Made by a program: the position numbers and the translations under genes. From an uncultured Cellvibrionaceae bacterium (GTDB lineage: Bacteria; Pseudomonadota; Gammaproteobacteria; Pseudomonadales; Cellvibrionaceae), in NCBI GenBank assembly GCA_964542655.1, contig CAZIWB010000010.1, positions 137,533 through 201,532 on the forward strand: a stretch of DNA of 64,000 nucleotides, written 5' to 3'. Below are positions 10,036 to 19,413 of this stretch, piece by piece. Numbering within the stretch: the stretch's first letter is position 1; each line of letters starts with the position of its first letter. Under the pieces are notes generated by a model. The model made no database searches and had not been told where the DNA came from. It saw nothing but the letters and a program-made list of their open reading frames with translations.

Positions 10036-10295
10036 CGGATTCTTTCATACTTGTTGTCTTCGTCAACCAGAACATAAAGGAAAAGCTCTTCGTTAGAAAG
10101 CATCTCATTAATTGTCGTGGAATTAAAACGATCATACAACATTTGACCATTTGGCTTTACGGCAGTAAGAGAAATCTTCTTACCGATTGTGCCAAGGCGA
10201 TATTCGTTGCGCGGACCCGCGAACGTCTGGTGAAACACACGAAGGTTATCCGTGCCATATTCACCCATGATTTCCCGAATGTCATATTTCTTCAT
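10032..10295 (-). CDS. Hypothetical protein
   Basis: 87 aa ORF. Confidence 0.4.
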   Translation of the reverse strand: MKKYDIREIMGEYGTDNLRVFHQTFAGPRNEYRLGTIGKKISLTAVKPNGQMLYDRFNSTTINEMLSNEELFLYVLVDEDNKYERIR

Positions 10296-10297
10296 AA

Positions 10298-10570
10298 TTA
10301 AAAATCCCCAATTCTATGATAAGGAAAAGATGCGGTCACCACATTAATGAGGAAGTTTTTATCCTCTTGTGGGATGTCTTCTATGTCATTACTATATAAA
10401 AGTTTAGAAAGCCAGTTTGCGACGTGATAACCAATCTCTTCTTTATCAAGATTTTTGGTGCACTCTAGGCACGGAACATCCTCTACAGGAATCCTTTCAC
10501 ATGTGCAACCATAAATTACAACTGGTTCGATAAAAAAGTTGTTTTCGATGATTTCTTTAATACCAGTCAT
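10298..10570 (-). CDS. Hypothetical protein with CxxC...CxxC motif
   Basis: YGCTCERIPVEDVPCLECT suggests a zinc-binding motif. Confidence 0.4.
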   Translation of the reverse strand: MTGIKEIIENNFFIEPVVIYGCTCERIPVEDVPCLECTKNLDKEEIGYHVANWLSKLLYSNDIEDIPQEDKNFLINVVTASFPYHRIGDF

Positions 10571-10790
10571 CTTCTGTCATTTCCATAAACCTAATCGGGT
10601 AGTCTTGTGGGATAGGTGCCCACAAAGAACCCCGGATAAAAAGGGTTGATAGATCATATCCATCTTCGGCATCTAGAATCTGGCCATCAATATAATGGGC
10701 GATAGCAGAGGAACATCCATCATCACACAGAACTACAATTTTGGTTCCGTTTTCTGGCTGTTCCTTTGCCCATTCTTTCCATTCAAACAT
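10557..10790 (-). CDS. Hypothetical protein
   Basis: 77 aa ORF. Confidence 0.35.
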   Translation of the reverse strand: MFEWKEWAKEQPENGTKIVVLCDDGCSSAIAHYIDGQILDAEDGYDLSTLFIRGSLWAPIPQDYPIRFMEMTEDDWY

Positions 10791-10793
10791 GTA

Positions 10794-11063
10794 TTAATTC
10801 CATACCTGAAGCTTAATTCCCGTATCACTGATATAGGCCATAGCTTCACCGTCAAAAAACTCATTATTGATCATGGTTTCCTGATCAACATGGAATCTTA
10901 CGACATTGCGCGTTTTTGGGTTATACAGCTTCATTTCAGGCGGAAATTGAACCATGTCCAGCGTATCCAGATAAGTTACGCCATTGCCGTTAGCCCACAC
11001 TACAAGATTTGCATCGATCATATCAATCACCCTATGTTTCGTTTTGATGATTTCTTTTATCAA
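10794..11063 (-). CDS. Hypothetical protein
   Basis: 89 aa ORF. Confidence 0.35.
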   Translation of the reverse strand: MIKEIIKTKHRVIDMIDANLVVWANGNGVTYLDTLDMVQFPPEMKLYNPKTRNVVRFHVDQETMINNEFFDGEAMAYISDTGIKLQVWN

Positions 11064-11078
11064 AAGAAAATTAGGGTG

Positions 11079-11264
11079 TCAATAATAATCGTCGGGAAGC
11101 TTTGTTCCATGTTCTGTATAAAAGGCGGCGCGATAATAAATTTCGTCAATGGATAATTTTGAGTCTTTCAGATATTTTACCCATTGGTTGAAACGAGCCT
11201 TTTCCTTTTTGGTAGGCTGTCTCGTATTCCGCATTTGCTCGCCCCAATCAATCATGGGAACCAC
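11079..11264 (-). CDS. Hypothetical protein
   Basis: 61 aa basic ORF. Confidence 0.3.
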   Translation of the reverse strand: MVPMIDWGEQMRNTRQPTKKEKARFNQWVKYLKDSKLSIDEIYYRAAFYTEHGTKLPDDYY

Positions 11265-11521
11265 CAGACCGCCTTAGCATCTTTTGATGTCTTCTCTAGC
11301 GTTGCTCTCTCTTCGTAGAAATCAATCCAGTGGTAATACTCATCTGTTGCTGATTTCTTAGCATTTTCTAATGAATTATATTCACCAACATAAGTCCAGC
11401 TTCTAAAGTATAAAGACCAATGCAAGGCCCTTTCCACCACAAAATTTCCCGTAGTAGTTTCGACTACACGAACACGAACGCCGTGTGGATATTTCTTTTT
11501 AAAGGGCCACATTACCAACAC
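11252..11521 (-). CDS. Hypothetical protein
   Basis: 89 aa ORF. Confidence 0.35.
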   Translation of the reverse strand: MLVMWPFKKKYPHGVRVRVVETTTGNFVVERALHWSLYFRSWTYVGEYNSLENAKKSATDEYYHWIDFYEERATLEKTSKDAKAVWWFP

Positions 11522-11766
11522 TCGTTTGCTTTAATCTCTTCCTTAACGTCTTCCAACGTATAGACATGAATTCCGTAAATCATACCATCAACCTCAAAAG
11601 AAGAACCACCTTCACCAGATGCATACATATCTGGAATTGCTTCCTCTAGAAGCTTGATACATTCTTGTGATTCATAAAAAGAAACACCAGTGCTGCCATC
11701 GCCGTTATCATGGGTTGTATAAAAAATTCTTTCCATAGTTTTCACTCCTTCTTTCCATTTCATCAT
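11512..11766 (-). CDS. Hypothetical protein
   Basis: 84 aa ORF. Confidence 0.35.
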   Translation of the reverse strand: MMKWKEGVKTMERIFYTTHDNGDGSTGVSFYESQECIKLLEEAIPDMYASGEGGSSFEVDGMIYGIHVYTLEDVKEEIKANECW

Positions 11767-11859
11767 GGCACTTCAAGCACCACGTAGAAACGTCTTTGCG
11801 CCCTTCTTCAAACCTAAGAATCCATCCACAATAAACACATTCCCAAGTTTCGAATTTCA

Positions 11860-12279
11860 TTATTCTGTCACTTTAAATGTTTCGGTCACATCTTTGATGA
11901 TTTCTGGTACGTAGAAGACTTCTACCTTCTCGCAGACCCGCCAATACCCATATTCAGATGTACCGATAACAACATATTGTAAATCCCAAAAATCAGCACC
12001 TTCATAAAAATCTTCGTCATAGAAATTATGTTTCAATGCTAATTGGTGCCCCAAATAATTCAACTCGTTGATGGATTCAGTTGTAGATTCTGCATTACCA
12101 AACTTACCCGGATTTTTGTGATCATTTACAGATTTGAATAGATTACAAAAATCAACATAGAACCTTACTTGTTCTACGGTCAACCCATCAAGAGATACCG
12201 TGTTATGATTATCCCAATCATTTTCCCAAGAATGGACTTTGATTAGGAAACCTGATTTAATATCAGTCATTATTTTCAC
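11860..12279 (-). CDS. Hypothetical protein
   Basis: 139 aa ORF. Confidence 0.4.
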   Translation of the reverse strand: MKIMTDIKSGFLIKVHSWENDWDNHNTVSLDGLTVEQVRFYVDFCNLFKSVNDHKNPGKFGNAESTTESINELNYLGHQLALKHNFYDEDFYEGADFWDLQYVVIGTSEYGYWRVCEKVEVFYVPEIIKDVTETFKVTE

Positions 12280-12454
12280 TCATCTTCAAAAAGTTCCTTG
12301 CGAATATTAGACGCCAACAAAGCCATCACACCAAAAAGGGTTATGTCTTCTGTTGTTATCTGTCTTCCCCATAGAGAGGGGATAAACACCCAAAAACCAA
12401 TAATAATAGCTAGAAATAAAAGCACACCAATACTTTTTAACAAGATAATTTCCT

Positions 12455-12865
12455 TTAGGTGAGAGTAGGTAGTTTGCCTAGATCATCATTGACATTATCA
12501 ACCGAAATAGGGCCGATACCTAGACATACAGTAGTAGGTTCTTTGAACACAGTTCTTCCAGCATCGGTTACCAGAGAGGTACCGCAAACGTACTTATAGG
12601 CTTCCTGAAGCTCTTTAAGCTCTTCTACGGTATCGACTACCACAGTGATTTTCATGGCTATTCCGCTGTCTTTATATGCTAATGCCTGTGCCTTTTTCTT
12701 TTCATGAATTTCATCAAATTCACAATCCTGAAACGCATAAGGTTCCATAGCATCCCAATAGGCATGAAGGTAGGCATGGCCAGCCATAGAAGCCATCTTA
12801 CCACGAATCCCGTTGATCTTAGCAAGGGATTCTCTGGCGAATACACAATACATTTTATGCGTCAT
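12455..12865 (-). CDS. Peptidyl-tRNA hydrolase PTH2-like (tentative)
   Basis: The C-terminal LVTDAGRTVFKEPTTVCLGIGP resembles the PTH2 family motif (D-A-G-x-T ... A-I-G-P). Confidence 0.4.
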   Translation of the reverse strand: MTHKMYCVFARESLAKINGIRGKMASMAGHAYLHAYWDAMEPYAFQDCEFDEIHEKKKAQALAYKDSGIAMKITVVVDTVEELKELQEAYKYVCGTSLVTDAGRTVFKEPTTVCLGIGPISVDNVNDDLGKLPTLT

Positions 12866-12870
12866 AACAA

Positions 12871-13182
12871 TTACTCCGGGTAATCTAGTGGTCTAAATAG
12901 AGGCCTTGAAAAGTCCCGTTCCATTTCCACTGTGGTTAGGTCATTTGCAATTATCATCCCTTGGATGTATCCAAGCCATCGGTTAAGCTTGCAAAGGGGC
13001 AATCTATCATCACACCCATTGATAAAATCGCTCATGAATTTATTGAAGGTTATCAATTCGTCTAATGGCATTCCGGTGTATGTTTCACCCCAATACCGCG
13101 TATCATCGATAATGGGAGCGATCATCTTTTTATATCGCTCCCCCATTATCTTCAATGCATCATAATATGCATCTTCATCCAT
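12871..13182 (-). CDS. Hypothetical protein
   Basis: 103 aa ORF. Confidence 0.35.
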   Translation of the reverse strand: MDEDAYYDALKIMGERYKKMIAPIIDDTRYWGETYTGMPLDELITFNKFMSDFINGCDDRLPLCKLNRWLGYIQGMIIANDLTTVEMERDFSRPLFRPLDYPE

Positions 13183-13745
13183 TACTTGATTTCCACGCCG
13201 TCATCAACACCAGTTTCAAAAGCATTACCAGCGTGACCAGAAATTACAATCTTTTCATACTTTTCGAAGAAACCAGACGTAGGATATCCAGCCAGACGAT
13301 AGAAGAATGAAGTAGGCATGGTGCCAAGTGCAGTCTTGTACGAACGCACACGATCAATCTTATCCTTCTGCGCAAGGGCAAAGTCGTTCCGGCCTGCTTC
13401 AATCAGGGTAAGAATCTTAGCATAGGTGGATTGATCCAGATTAGGATTCTGTTCCATGATCCACTGAATAGAGGCCTGTGAACCTTCTTCGCCATAGCGG
13501 CTTTCGTTAGCCTTGGTAATCACTTCTTCAACCGCACTAGCCTGAAGCTTGGTTACGCCAAGGGCTTCCTTCAGCTTTGGTGCATACTGGCCAAGCACGT
13601 TACGCGATTGATCATGGGCCGCAATGATGCTTTGTTCATATGCGTTCGCAGTGTTGTTCGCAGACATATACGAACCGATACCCATGATGATTGCCAGAAC
13701 GAAAGCACCAACAATACCAAGACCAATAATAGAAGTTTTACTCAT
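13182..13745 (-). CDS. Membrane-anchored protein, LemA-like (tentative)
   Basis: N-terminal TM helix (IIGLGIVGAFVLAIIMGIG) followed by a ~160 aa soluble region; size and topology resemble LemA. Confidence 0.3.
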   Translation of the reverse strand: MSKTSIIGLGIVGAFVLAIIMGIGSYMSANNTANAYEQSIIAAHDQSRNVLGQYAPKLKEALGVTKLQASAVEEVITKANESRYGEEGSQASIQWIMEQNPNLDQSTYAKILTLIEAGRNDFALAQKDKIDRVRSYKTALGTMPTSFFYRLAGYPTSGFFEKYEKIVISGHAGNAFETGVDDGVEIK

Positions 13746-13757
13746 TATATAATTCCT

Positions 13758-14783
13758 TTAATTTCTAACAACAACGATACCGATGCCAATTGAAGCGATC
13801 AACCCAAGAATAATTGAGGTAATAATTGCCCATTGCGGTACGTCAATTTCGTTTTCAAGATATTTAAATTCTTCCATGGGTCTACGGATGTAGTGTTCCC
13901 TGATGTTTCTATATACAATATTCAATGTGGTTTGTCTATCTAAAACTTTAGATGCCAGCAATTCATTTCGCATGGCCACATTCACAATATCATTTTTAGA
14001 CCACGAAAACACCTTAACCCATTTGATTTCTGGATAATTTTCTGTACCAATTACTACGGTAACATCATTCTTTTTACCACCAATCCATGCCGCTTGTAGG
14101 GCATCACCATAGGATTCTTTTTGGTTGGTAATCACAGTAACAATGTTTACCTGTTTCTTAGCACCAAGCGTTCTAAGCTGGTTAGAGACACTTTCATTCC
14201 ATAGAGCCAGATCAGGAATCTTTACCCCTACAGGGATAACCCTATCGATCCGGTGATAATCATATGGTGCTGGATAGTTTGGGATTTTACCCTTGTACGC
14301 ATTAGCCAGCGCAAGATGGAACAAGCTATCTGGTGCCGCTTTAACATAATTCGTGTAGTTACGCTCAAACGCCACAGGCTCATACATCTTAACCTGTGCC
14401 CAACGTTCCGGCATTTCAGACCCGCGCCTATCTACACGGGAAATATAGAAAGGCCCTACCGTAGTGTCAACTCGCCAATCCCAATCATTGGTATGTTCGT
14501 AGCAAGTATGACAAGTTCTATGTCCGTTTTTGTCTGTTGAACACATGCAATCATATGAGTGTTCACAGGAAGTTCTTTCCTGTTCCTTGGCGTTTATGTA
14601 TCCATTCACGATATTCGTGTCACCCATCGCGCCCATGGTAGATGAGAAGTACACAATACATGACAGAATCATAGGAACCACTGCCTGCACCGCCATTTCT
14701 GGAATTGTAATTTTGTGATGAAAATAATATTTCATGACCAGCATGACAAGAATCGCTGGCAAAAAGATTAAAAATAAAGTCAT
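13758..14783 (-). CDS. Large membrane protein (N-terminal and C-terminal TM segments, Cys/His-rich ectodomain)
   Basis: TM segments at both termini; cluster SCEHSYDCMCSTDKNGHRTCHTCYEH. Confidence 0.45.
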   Translation of the reverse strand: MTLFLIFLPAILVMLVMKYYFHHKITIPEMAVQAVVPMILSCIVYFSSTMGAMGDTNIVNGYINAKEQERTSCEHSYDCMCSTDKNGHRTCHTCYEHTNDWDWRVDTTVGPFYISRVDRRGSEMPERWAQVKMYEPVAFERNYTNYVKAAPDSLFHLALANAYKGKIPNYPAPYDYHRIDRVIPVGVKIPDLALWNESVSNQLRTLGAKKQVNIVTVITNQKESYGDALQAAWIGGKKNDVTVVIGTENYPEIKWVKVFSWSKNDIVNVAMRNELLASKVLDRQTTLNIVYRNIREHYIRRPMEEFKYLENEIDVPQWAIITSIILGLIASIGIGIVVVRN

Positions 14784-14835
14784 TCACGTCCCCTATTAAA
14801 TATGAATGACCGTATACTTCAAATCATTTCATATG

Positions 14836-15270
14836 TCAAATAGAATCCAAGTTGGTGTGTCTAACAGTCACGGTTTTTTCGCCGCGCAACCTAGCACCTA
14901 ATATTTCATGATGTCCATCGGAAACGTAGTGTTTGCCTTTATGGGTGATCACATGGGCGTTTTTAAATCCGCCATTGATTTTGTTGTGGAGTTTTTCGCC
15001 ATCGCTAACCTTAACAAAGGGCTGTGTGGCGTGTAAGTCTTTTATGTGGAAGGTGGTTTTCTTGTCTTCTATCTTGTGCCCATGTGTTTCGTATTTTTGC
15101 ACGGCAGAACCGATAGAGGAAGGATGACCACGTTTTGAGAGGGGAATGTAAGTGTGTTTATCTGCCTTTAGGCCAGAACCACGATAAGACTTGTTACCGT
15201 GTATTCTGGCCATCCTTAAGGCTGCTTCCTGTCCCGTCTTTTCTGCTAGAAACTCTTTGAAACTTATCAT
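14836..15270 (-). CDS. Putative packaged internal protein with T4-type capsid-targeting N-terminus; basic His/Lys-rich, with a weak ParB-like DGHHEILGARLRG motif
   Basis: The N-terminus MISFKEFLAEK matches the T4 internal-protein capsid-targeting sequence (MKTFKEFLAE / MKTYQEFIAE), including a gp21-type FLAE cleavage context. Confidence 0.45.
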   Translation of the reverse strand: MISFKEFLAEKTGQEAALRMARIHGNKSYRGSGLKADKHTYIPLSKRGHPSSIGSAVQKYETHGHKIEDKKTTFHIKDLHATQPFVKVSDGEKLHNKINGGFKNAHVITHKGKHYVSDGHHEILGARLRGEKTVTVRHTNLDSI

Positions 15271-15277
15271 CTACTAT

Positions 15278-15595
15278 TTATTGAAAAACGTAGAGCAAGC
15301 TTTCTATGAAGGTAATAGCATTAGCACGTGCCTTACGCGGAAACGTAGCAGTTTCAACTTCTGCTACGTCATGCTGAACAACAATGCTGTCTGGTGATGT
15401 GATAAGCCTAGCAGTATATTGGCTGGTAGGCGTACTGAAAAATAAGACTTCCTCCCCCACAATAGTTCTTTTTTCTATAACTAAAAAAGGAAAGGCATCC
15501 TCATTCAACTCATTGCGGTATACTTGTAGTTGCAACCCTGTTACCCCCATGAAATGGGCAGGGGTATTTTTGGTTACCCCTGCCCTATTGATCAA
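15278..15595 (-). CDS. Hypothetical protein
   Basis: 105 aa ORF. Confidence 0.35.
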   Translation of the reverse strand: MINRAGVTKNTPAHFMGVTGLQLQVYRNELNEDAFPFLVIEKRTIVGEEVLFFSTPTSQYTARLITSPDSIVVQHDVAEVETATFPRKARANAITFIESLLYVFQ

Positions 15596-15822
15596 GCCTC
15601 CTTAGGCTTGCGTGGACCATATGCGCGCTTGGCTTTGTCTTGCGCCATACGGATGACATCGGAAGGCTTGATCTTCTCTGCCGTATTGAGGTTGGGGCGA
15701 AACACCGAAATCTTTCGGGGAGACTTCCCTACGACAATACCGATAGAGGGGCGACCACGCCGACCTTCAACCATATATTCGATTTCACTACCAATCGTGA
15801 TATTCTTAAGGCTCTTAGCCAT
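15592..15822 (-). CDS. Hypothetical protein
   Basis: 76 aa ORF. Confidence 0.35.
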   Translation of the reverse strand: MAKSLKNITIGSEIEYMVEGRRGRPSIGIVVGKSPRKISVFRPNLNTAEKIKPSDVIRMAQDKAKRAYGPRKPKEA

Positions 15823-16053
15823 CTCTATTCTCCATCAAAAATATAACACTATATTTACATCATAACAAAAACTAAGACTATTCAAAACCTTAGTGACCAG
15901 TTCAGACTTACCTTCCTTGGTTGTTTCTAAGATATGATTCCTCTTGACTTTTGTCAAGGCGCAAAAAGCGCGCGCTTTCAACGCTTTATAAGATTTCATG
16001 GAAAAATGTTAAACGGAAAACGAATCAAAGAGGCTGATTCGTGATACCTAAAT

Positions 16054-16127
16054 TGGCATCCCTCGTAGGAGTCGAACCCACGCTTGCTGGGTTGGAGCCA
16101 GCCGTGCTACCGTAACACTTGAGGGAT
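16054..16127 (-). tRNA. tRNA-Trp (CCA)
   Basis: Anticodon arm GCTGG-CTCCAAC-CCAGC, T-arm GTGGGTTCGACTCCTAC, encoded CCA. Confidence 0.75.
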
Positions 16128-16135
16128 GCATATGA

Positions 16136-16405
16136 TTAAACCCTGTTTTTGCCTATATGGAACCCATCACAGAACACGCACTTGTATGGACGGAACTTAC
16201 CCCCATGCTTCCTTTGCATACTCTCACAGGCCTTTGTAGCGGATTTTAGAGAACCATAAGCTACCTTATGGTTTCCCGATCCTTGGCTGATATGCGAGTT
16301 GCGATGGAACATGCCCCATGCGTTTCTGGTGACTATGAAGTTAACAAACATCCTCTTTAGGGGTATCTGAAACTTCAAGGCCAGATAGAGATTTTTAATT
16401 TTCAT
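16136..16405 (-). CDS. Hypothetical protein (C-terminal CxxC...HxGKN)
   Basis: 89 aa ORF between tRNAs. Confidence 0.35.
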   Translation of the reverse strand: MKIKNLYLALKFQIPLKRMFVNFIVTRNAWGMFHRNSHISQGSGNHKVAYGSLKSATKACESMQRKHGGKFRPYKCVFCDGFHIGKNRV

Positions 16406-16417
16406 AAGTTTAAAATC

Positions 16418-16492
16418 TGGTACCCGGTGACGGGATTGAACCGCCGACCTTATCCGTGTAGGGGATTTGCTCTACCGCTGAGCTAACCGGGC
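16418..16492 (-). tRNA. tRNA, probable Val (anticodon TAC), C33 atypical
   Basis: Acceptor GCCCGGT/ACCGGGT, D-arm GCTCAGCGGTAGAGC, loop CCTACAC, T-arm GGCGGTTCAATCCCGTC. Confidence 0.55.
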
Positions 16493-16515
16493 ACTATGTG
16501 GTATTTAGTAAATTT

Positions 16516-16587
16516 TGGAGTGGCGTAGGGGAATTGAACCCCTTGACGTATGCTTTGCAGGCAATGTCCTACACCATTACACGCCAC
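16516..16587 (-). tRNA. tRNA-like, anticodon loop CTGCAAA (Cys GCA?), shortened D region
   Basis: Acceptor GTGGCGT/ACGCCAC, T-arm AGGGGTTCAATTCCCCT, CCA encoded. The body is about 4 nt short, so the fold is imperfect. Confidence 0.4.
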
Positions 16588-17002
16588 CCTCTTGCAACTG
16601 GTTGATGGATTGCATCAGCCGAGTTAGACGTTTGTCTTGCTCTTTTGGCCATCCATGAAATGTAAGCTCATTGTATATATGCGCTGCCATCTCGTCAACC
16701 CCATATTTATCATTTTCTATGACTTCCATGTTTTTTAGTTGCGACCATGGGATGAAATCTAAGGCCCATCGCCGCCCATCCTGATCAAGCCCATCCACCC
16801 AAGCCATAGAATCTGAATCTGAATACGCTTCTACCGTGATCGATAGTGCATCTGGATCACCTGTAGCGGTTATGAATGACATGGCAAGCACAAACTTTTC
16901 AAAGGTTTGCACGTTTGCCCACTTGTCATCCCCATAGGATTCTATATAAGCCTCTATCACCTTTTCAGGGGAGGCTTTGGTTATGTAGTCAATCAGTTTC
17001 AT
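16577..17002 (-). CDS. Hypothetical protein (start set at internal Met to avoid tRNA-Gly)
   Basis: The track ORF 16577..17083 would overlap tRNA-Gly; Met at 17002 chosen instead. Confidence 0.4.
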   Translation of the reverse strand: MKLIDYITKASPEKVIEAYIESYGDDKWANVQTFEKFVLAMSFITATGDPDALSITVEAYSDSDSMAWVDGLDQDGRRWALDFIPWSQLKNMEVIENDKYGVDEMAAHIYNELTFHGWPKEQDKRLTRLMQSINQLQEGGV

Positions 17003-17022
17003 AATAATCCTGTAGTGGAGCG

Positions 17023-17099
17023 TGGAGCGGGTAACGGGATTCGAACCCGTACCATCAGCTTGGAAGGCTGCAATGCTAGCCATTGAACACCATACCCGC
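17023..17099 (-). tRNA. tRNA-Gly (TCC)
   Basis: Acceptor GCGGGTA/TACCCGC, loop CTTCCAA, T-arm ACGGGTTCGAATCCCGT; resembles T4 tRNA-Gly. Confidence 0.8.
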
Positions 17100-17435
17100 T
17101 CAAAAATTAAATACTAATCACTCGTGTCATACCGCCTATGTTGCGGTAAACGAATAACATTTTCTTGCTATTCTTAGAATACCTGATTGATATAGACTTG
17201 TTATGCCAGAATTTCAAGACAAATCCAACATTATTTGGATCATCAAAACGATACACATTAAACCCGTATCGTACTTCCTCTAATTCTCGCCTAAACCTTA
17301 TCATCTACTTTTCCGTAGGATTCCCGTGCTGCAATGATTTCATCTCTTTCAGGCGGAATAGACTTCCAACCCCAATAGATTACCGCTGCAAAAATCCCGT
17401 ACCAAACAAATTCCATATTGTAAACCTTTTATTAA

Positions 17436-17510
17436 TGGTGGAGCATAAGGGAATCGAACCCTTAACTGAAGCTTGCAAAGCTACCGTGTTCCCGTTAGCA
17501 CCAATGCCCC
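17436..17510 (-). tRNA. tRNA-Ala (TGC)
   Basis: Acceptor GGGGCAT with a G3:U70 pair, loop TTTGCAA, T-arm AGGGTTCGATTCCCTT. Confidence 0.75.
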
Positions 17511-17535
17511 ACGTGCATCTTATTTATACAAATTT

Positions 17536-17781
17536 TCAAGAATCTTGAAAATTAATTTCTTCTTCAAGCAAAAACCGTATCTTTTCTGAACCTAAATCGA
17601 AGGTATCAGAAAAATTTTCGATTGAAAGTTCTTCATCGGTGATCGATACGCAATAGGGAAATGGAAGGCCTTCATTTATGTAAACAACCTTACCCGGCCC
17701 AACATAATCATATGGACTAGGGGTATCTTTATCTTGGTCAAAAAACGCGACGTTAACCACATCACCAACTTTATATTTCAT
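17536..17781 (-). CDS. Hypothetical protein
   Basis: 81 aa ORF. Confidence 0.35.
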   Translation of the reverse strand: MKYKVGDVVNVAFFDQDKDTPSPYDYVGPGKVVYINEGLPFPYCVSITDEELSIENFSDTFDLGSEKIRFLLEEEINFQDS

Positions 17782-18034
17782 AATCTTTTCCTTGAATGAT
17801 ATCCAACAAAACCCTAGGCCTTACGATCAAACATTTTGATTCAATCTCTTGCAATCGCCTTACAGGTATGTCATAGTGAGGCTTTTTGCCCCCATGGAAC
17901 CAGCACCGGTTAAGCCCTAGTTCCTTTGCCATGGCATGAAGGTTTTCTATGGAATAGGGCACGCAAATTAAATGCCTTGCCCCATCTGTCACATATTTAA
18001 TTGATGGTTGGTTCTTTACCATCAAAATAATCAT
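17771..18034 (-). CDS. Hypothetical protein
   Basis: 87 aa ORF. Confidence 0.35.
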   Translation of the reverse strand: MIILMVKNQPSIKYVTDGARHLICVPYSIENLHAMAKELGLNRCWFHGGKKPHYDIPVRRLQEIESKCLIVRPRVLLDIIQGKDYEI

Positions 18035-18233
18035 CTAAATCTTTGCGTACCTTTTCGGGCAAATCATCAAAATCTACCGGTTTGGAATTTTCAAAGAAAG
18101 AACCATCGGCAATCATACCTTTAATGCTGTTGATCAAATCATCCAGTTCCTCTTGGGTGATGTCAATATTTTCAAACGCACCGGGGGCAAAGGAAATTGT
18201 GAATTCCTTATCGTCGTCTTTTTCATCACTCAT
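17997..18233 (-). CDS. Hypothetical acidic protein
   Basis: 78 aa ORF. Confidence 0.35.
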   Translation of the reverse strand: MSDEKDDDKEFTISFAPGAFENIDITQEELDDLINSIKGMIADGSFFENSKPVDFDDLPEKVRKDLDDYFDGKEPTIN

Positions 18234-18412
18234 TGTTTCAAATTTCCCTTATCCATCATCTCTTGCAGATGTTCGGTTATATTAAAATCAACCCCATCCA
18301 ACACCATCTTAAATGCGTTAGGGTCTTCCAGCGAACGATAGAACCGCATAACGGAACCATCAGCCCTGTTTATCTCTACATGTGGGGTTTCTTCGTACAT
18401 GACAAACCTCAT
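18230..18412 (-). CDS. Hypothetical protein
   Basis: 60 aa ORF; ATGA overlap with the upstream gene. Confidence 0.3.
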   Translation of the reverse strand: MRFVMYEETPHVEINRADGSVMRFYRSLEDPNAFKMVLDGVDFNITEHLQEMMDKGNLKQ

Positions 18413-18420
18413 AATAAATC

Positions 18421-18496
18421 TGGCTCCCCGAACAGGATTCGAACCTGTAACCGTCCGGTTAACAGCCGGAAGCTCTGCCAGTTGAGCTATCGGGGA
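18421..18496 (-). tRNA. tRNA-Asn (GTT)
   Basis: Acceptor TCCCCGA/TCGGGGA, anticodon arm TCCGG-CTGTTAA-CCGGA, T-arm ACAGGTTCGAATCCTGT. Confidence 0.8.
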
Positions 18497-18571
18497 ATAT
18501 ATGTGTATTTATACAGAATAGATTAGAGGTTGTCAATAACAAAAATGGTTATACTGGAATTAAATGATATT

Positions 18572-18826
18572 TCACGTGTGCCAAGCCCACGTTCCTTCAT
18601 CAAGAAAAAATCCCTTGTCGGTAAGCTTTTTGCCCATTTCCGAATCTTCAGGATAATCCTCTTCCGTCACACCGATAAAAATTAAATCGTGTTCGCTCTG
18701 AAGGTAGAAATTTTCATGATGACGAACCAAAAGAAGTCCTTCAATGAAGGGATCATAAATGGTTGTCTTTTCTTTGGTTTTGATGTTCATTTCTTTTCCT
18801 TTTCGATTTCGACAGGAACCCCACAT
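18572..18826 (-). CDS. Hypothetical protein
   Basis: 84 aa ORF. Confidence 0.35.
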   Translation of the reverse strand: MWGSCRNRKGKEMNIKTKEKTTIYDPFIEGLLLVRHHENFYLQSEHDLIFIGVTEEDYPEDSEMGKKLTDKGFFLDEGTWAWHT

Positions 18827-18898
18827 ACAATAATAGACGTTTTCTTGTCAAGCACTTCTTCAAGTTGCTTTTTATATTTTGCAGGTACGTTCTTCGTA

Positions 18899-19243
18899 TC
18901 AATTACGTATTTCATTTGCCACCATGTTAATATGAGCTAGCACAAATTCTGTTACCGTATTGTTGTCATCTGTTAATACGGTACCAACCATTTGCAGACG
19001 CCAATCAATAGATTCCGCTATATGCGAAAGCGGTAGATTTGGGAATAAATCAATTTCTCCGATGATGTTTTTATCATCAATTTTTGCAGAGATAATCTTA
19101 CCGACTACCCTACCCAAATCAAGAATCTTACTATCAAACACAACCAAAACCTTCCCGGTTGATAGATGTTCAATGATTCCTTCTAGGATATCTTGCGGGA
19201 AAATCACATCATATCTACTGTGATCAAAAATAGTTACGTTCAT
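18899..19243 (-). CDS. Hypothetical protein
   Basis: 114 aa ORF. Confidence 0.4.
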   Translation of the reverse strand: MNVTIFDHSRYDVIFPQDILEGIIEHLSTGKVLVVFDSKILDLGRVVGKIISAKIDDKNIIGEIDLFPNLPLSHIAESIDWRLQMVGTVLTDDNNTVTEFVLAHINMVANEIRN

Positions 19244-19413
19244 TCGAAATCCTCACTATGCCCACACTTAGGGCATTTCAGGACATCAACCAACTTAACT
19301 TGGTTTCCTTTAAGGTAGATCGATCCGCCGAAGCCAGTGCAGACATTGCCGCGATCATCATAATCAATGGCTTTGCCTAGGTCCAATTCTACATCGCATT
19401 TAGGGCATTTCAT
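19240..19413 (-). CDS. Small zinc-ribbon protein
   Basis: 57 aa; MKCPKCD...CPKCGH gives two CxxC pairs; overlaps both neighbours (ATGA). Confidence 0.35.
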   Translation of the reverse strand: MKCPKCDVELDLGKAIDYDDRGNVCTGFGGSIYLKGNQVKLVDVLKCPKCGHSEDFE

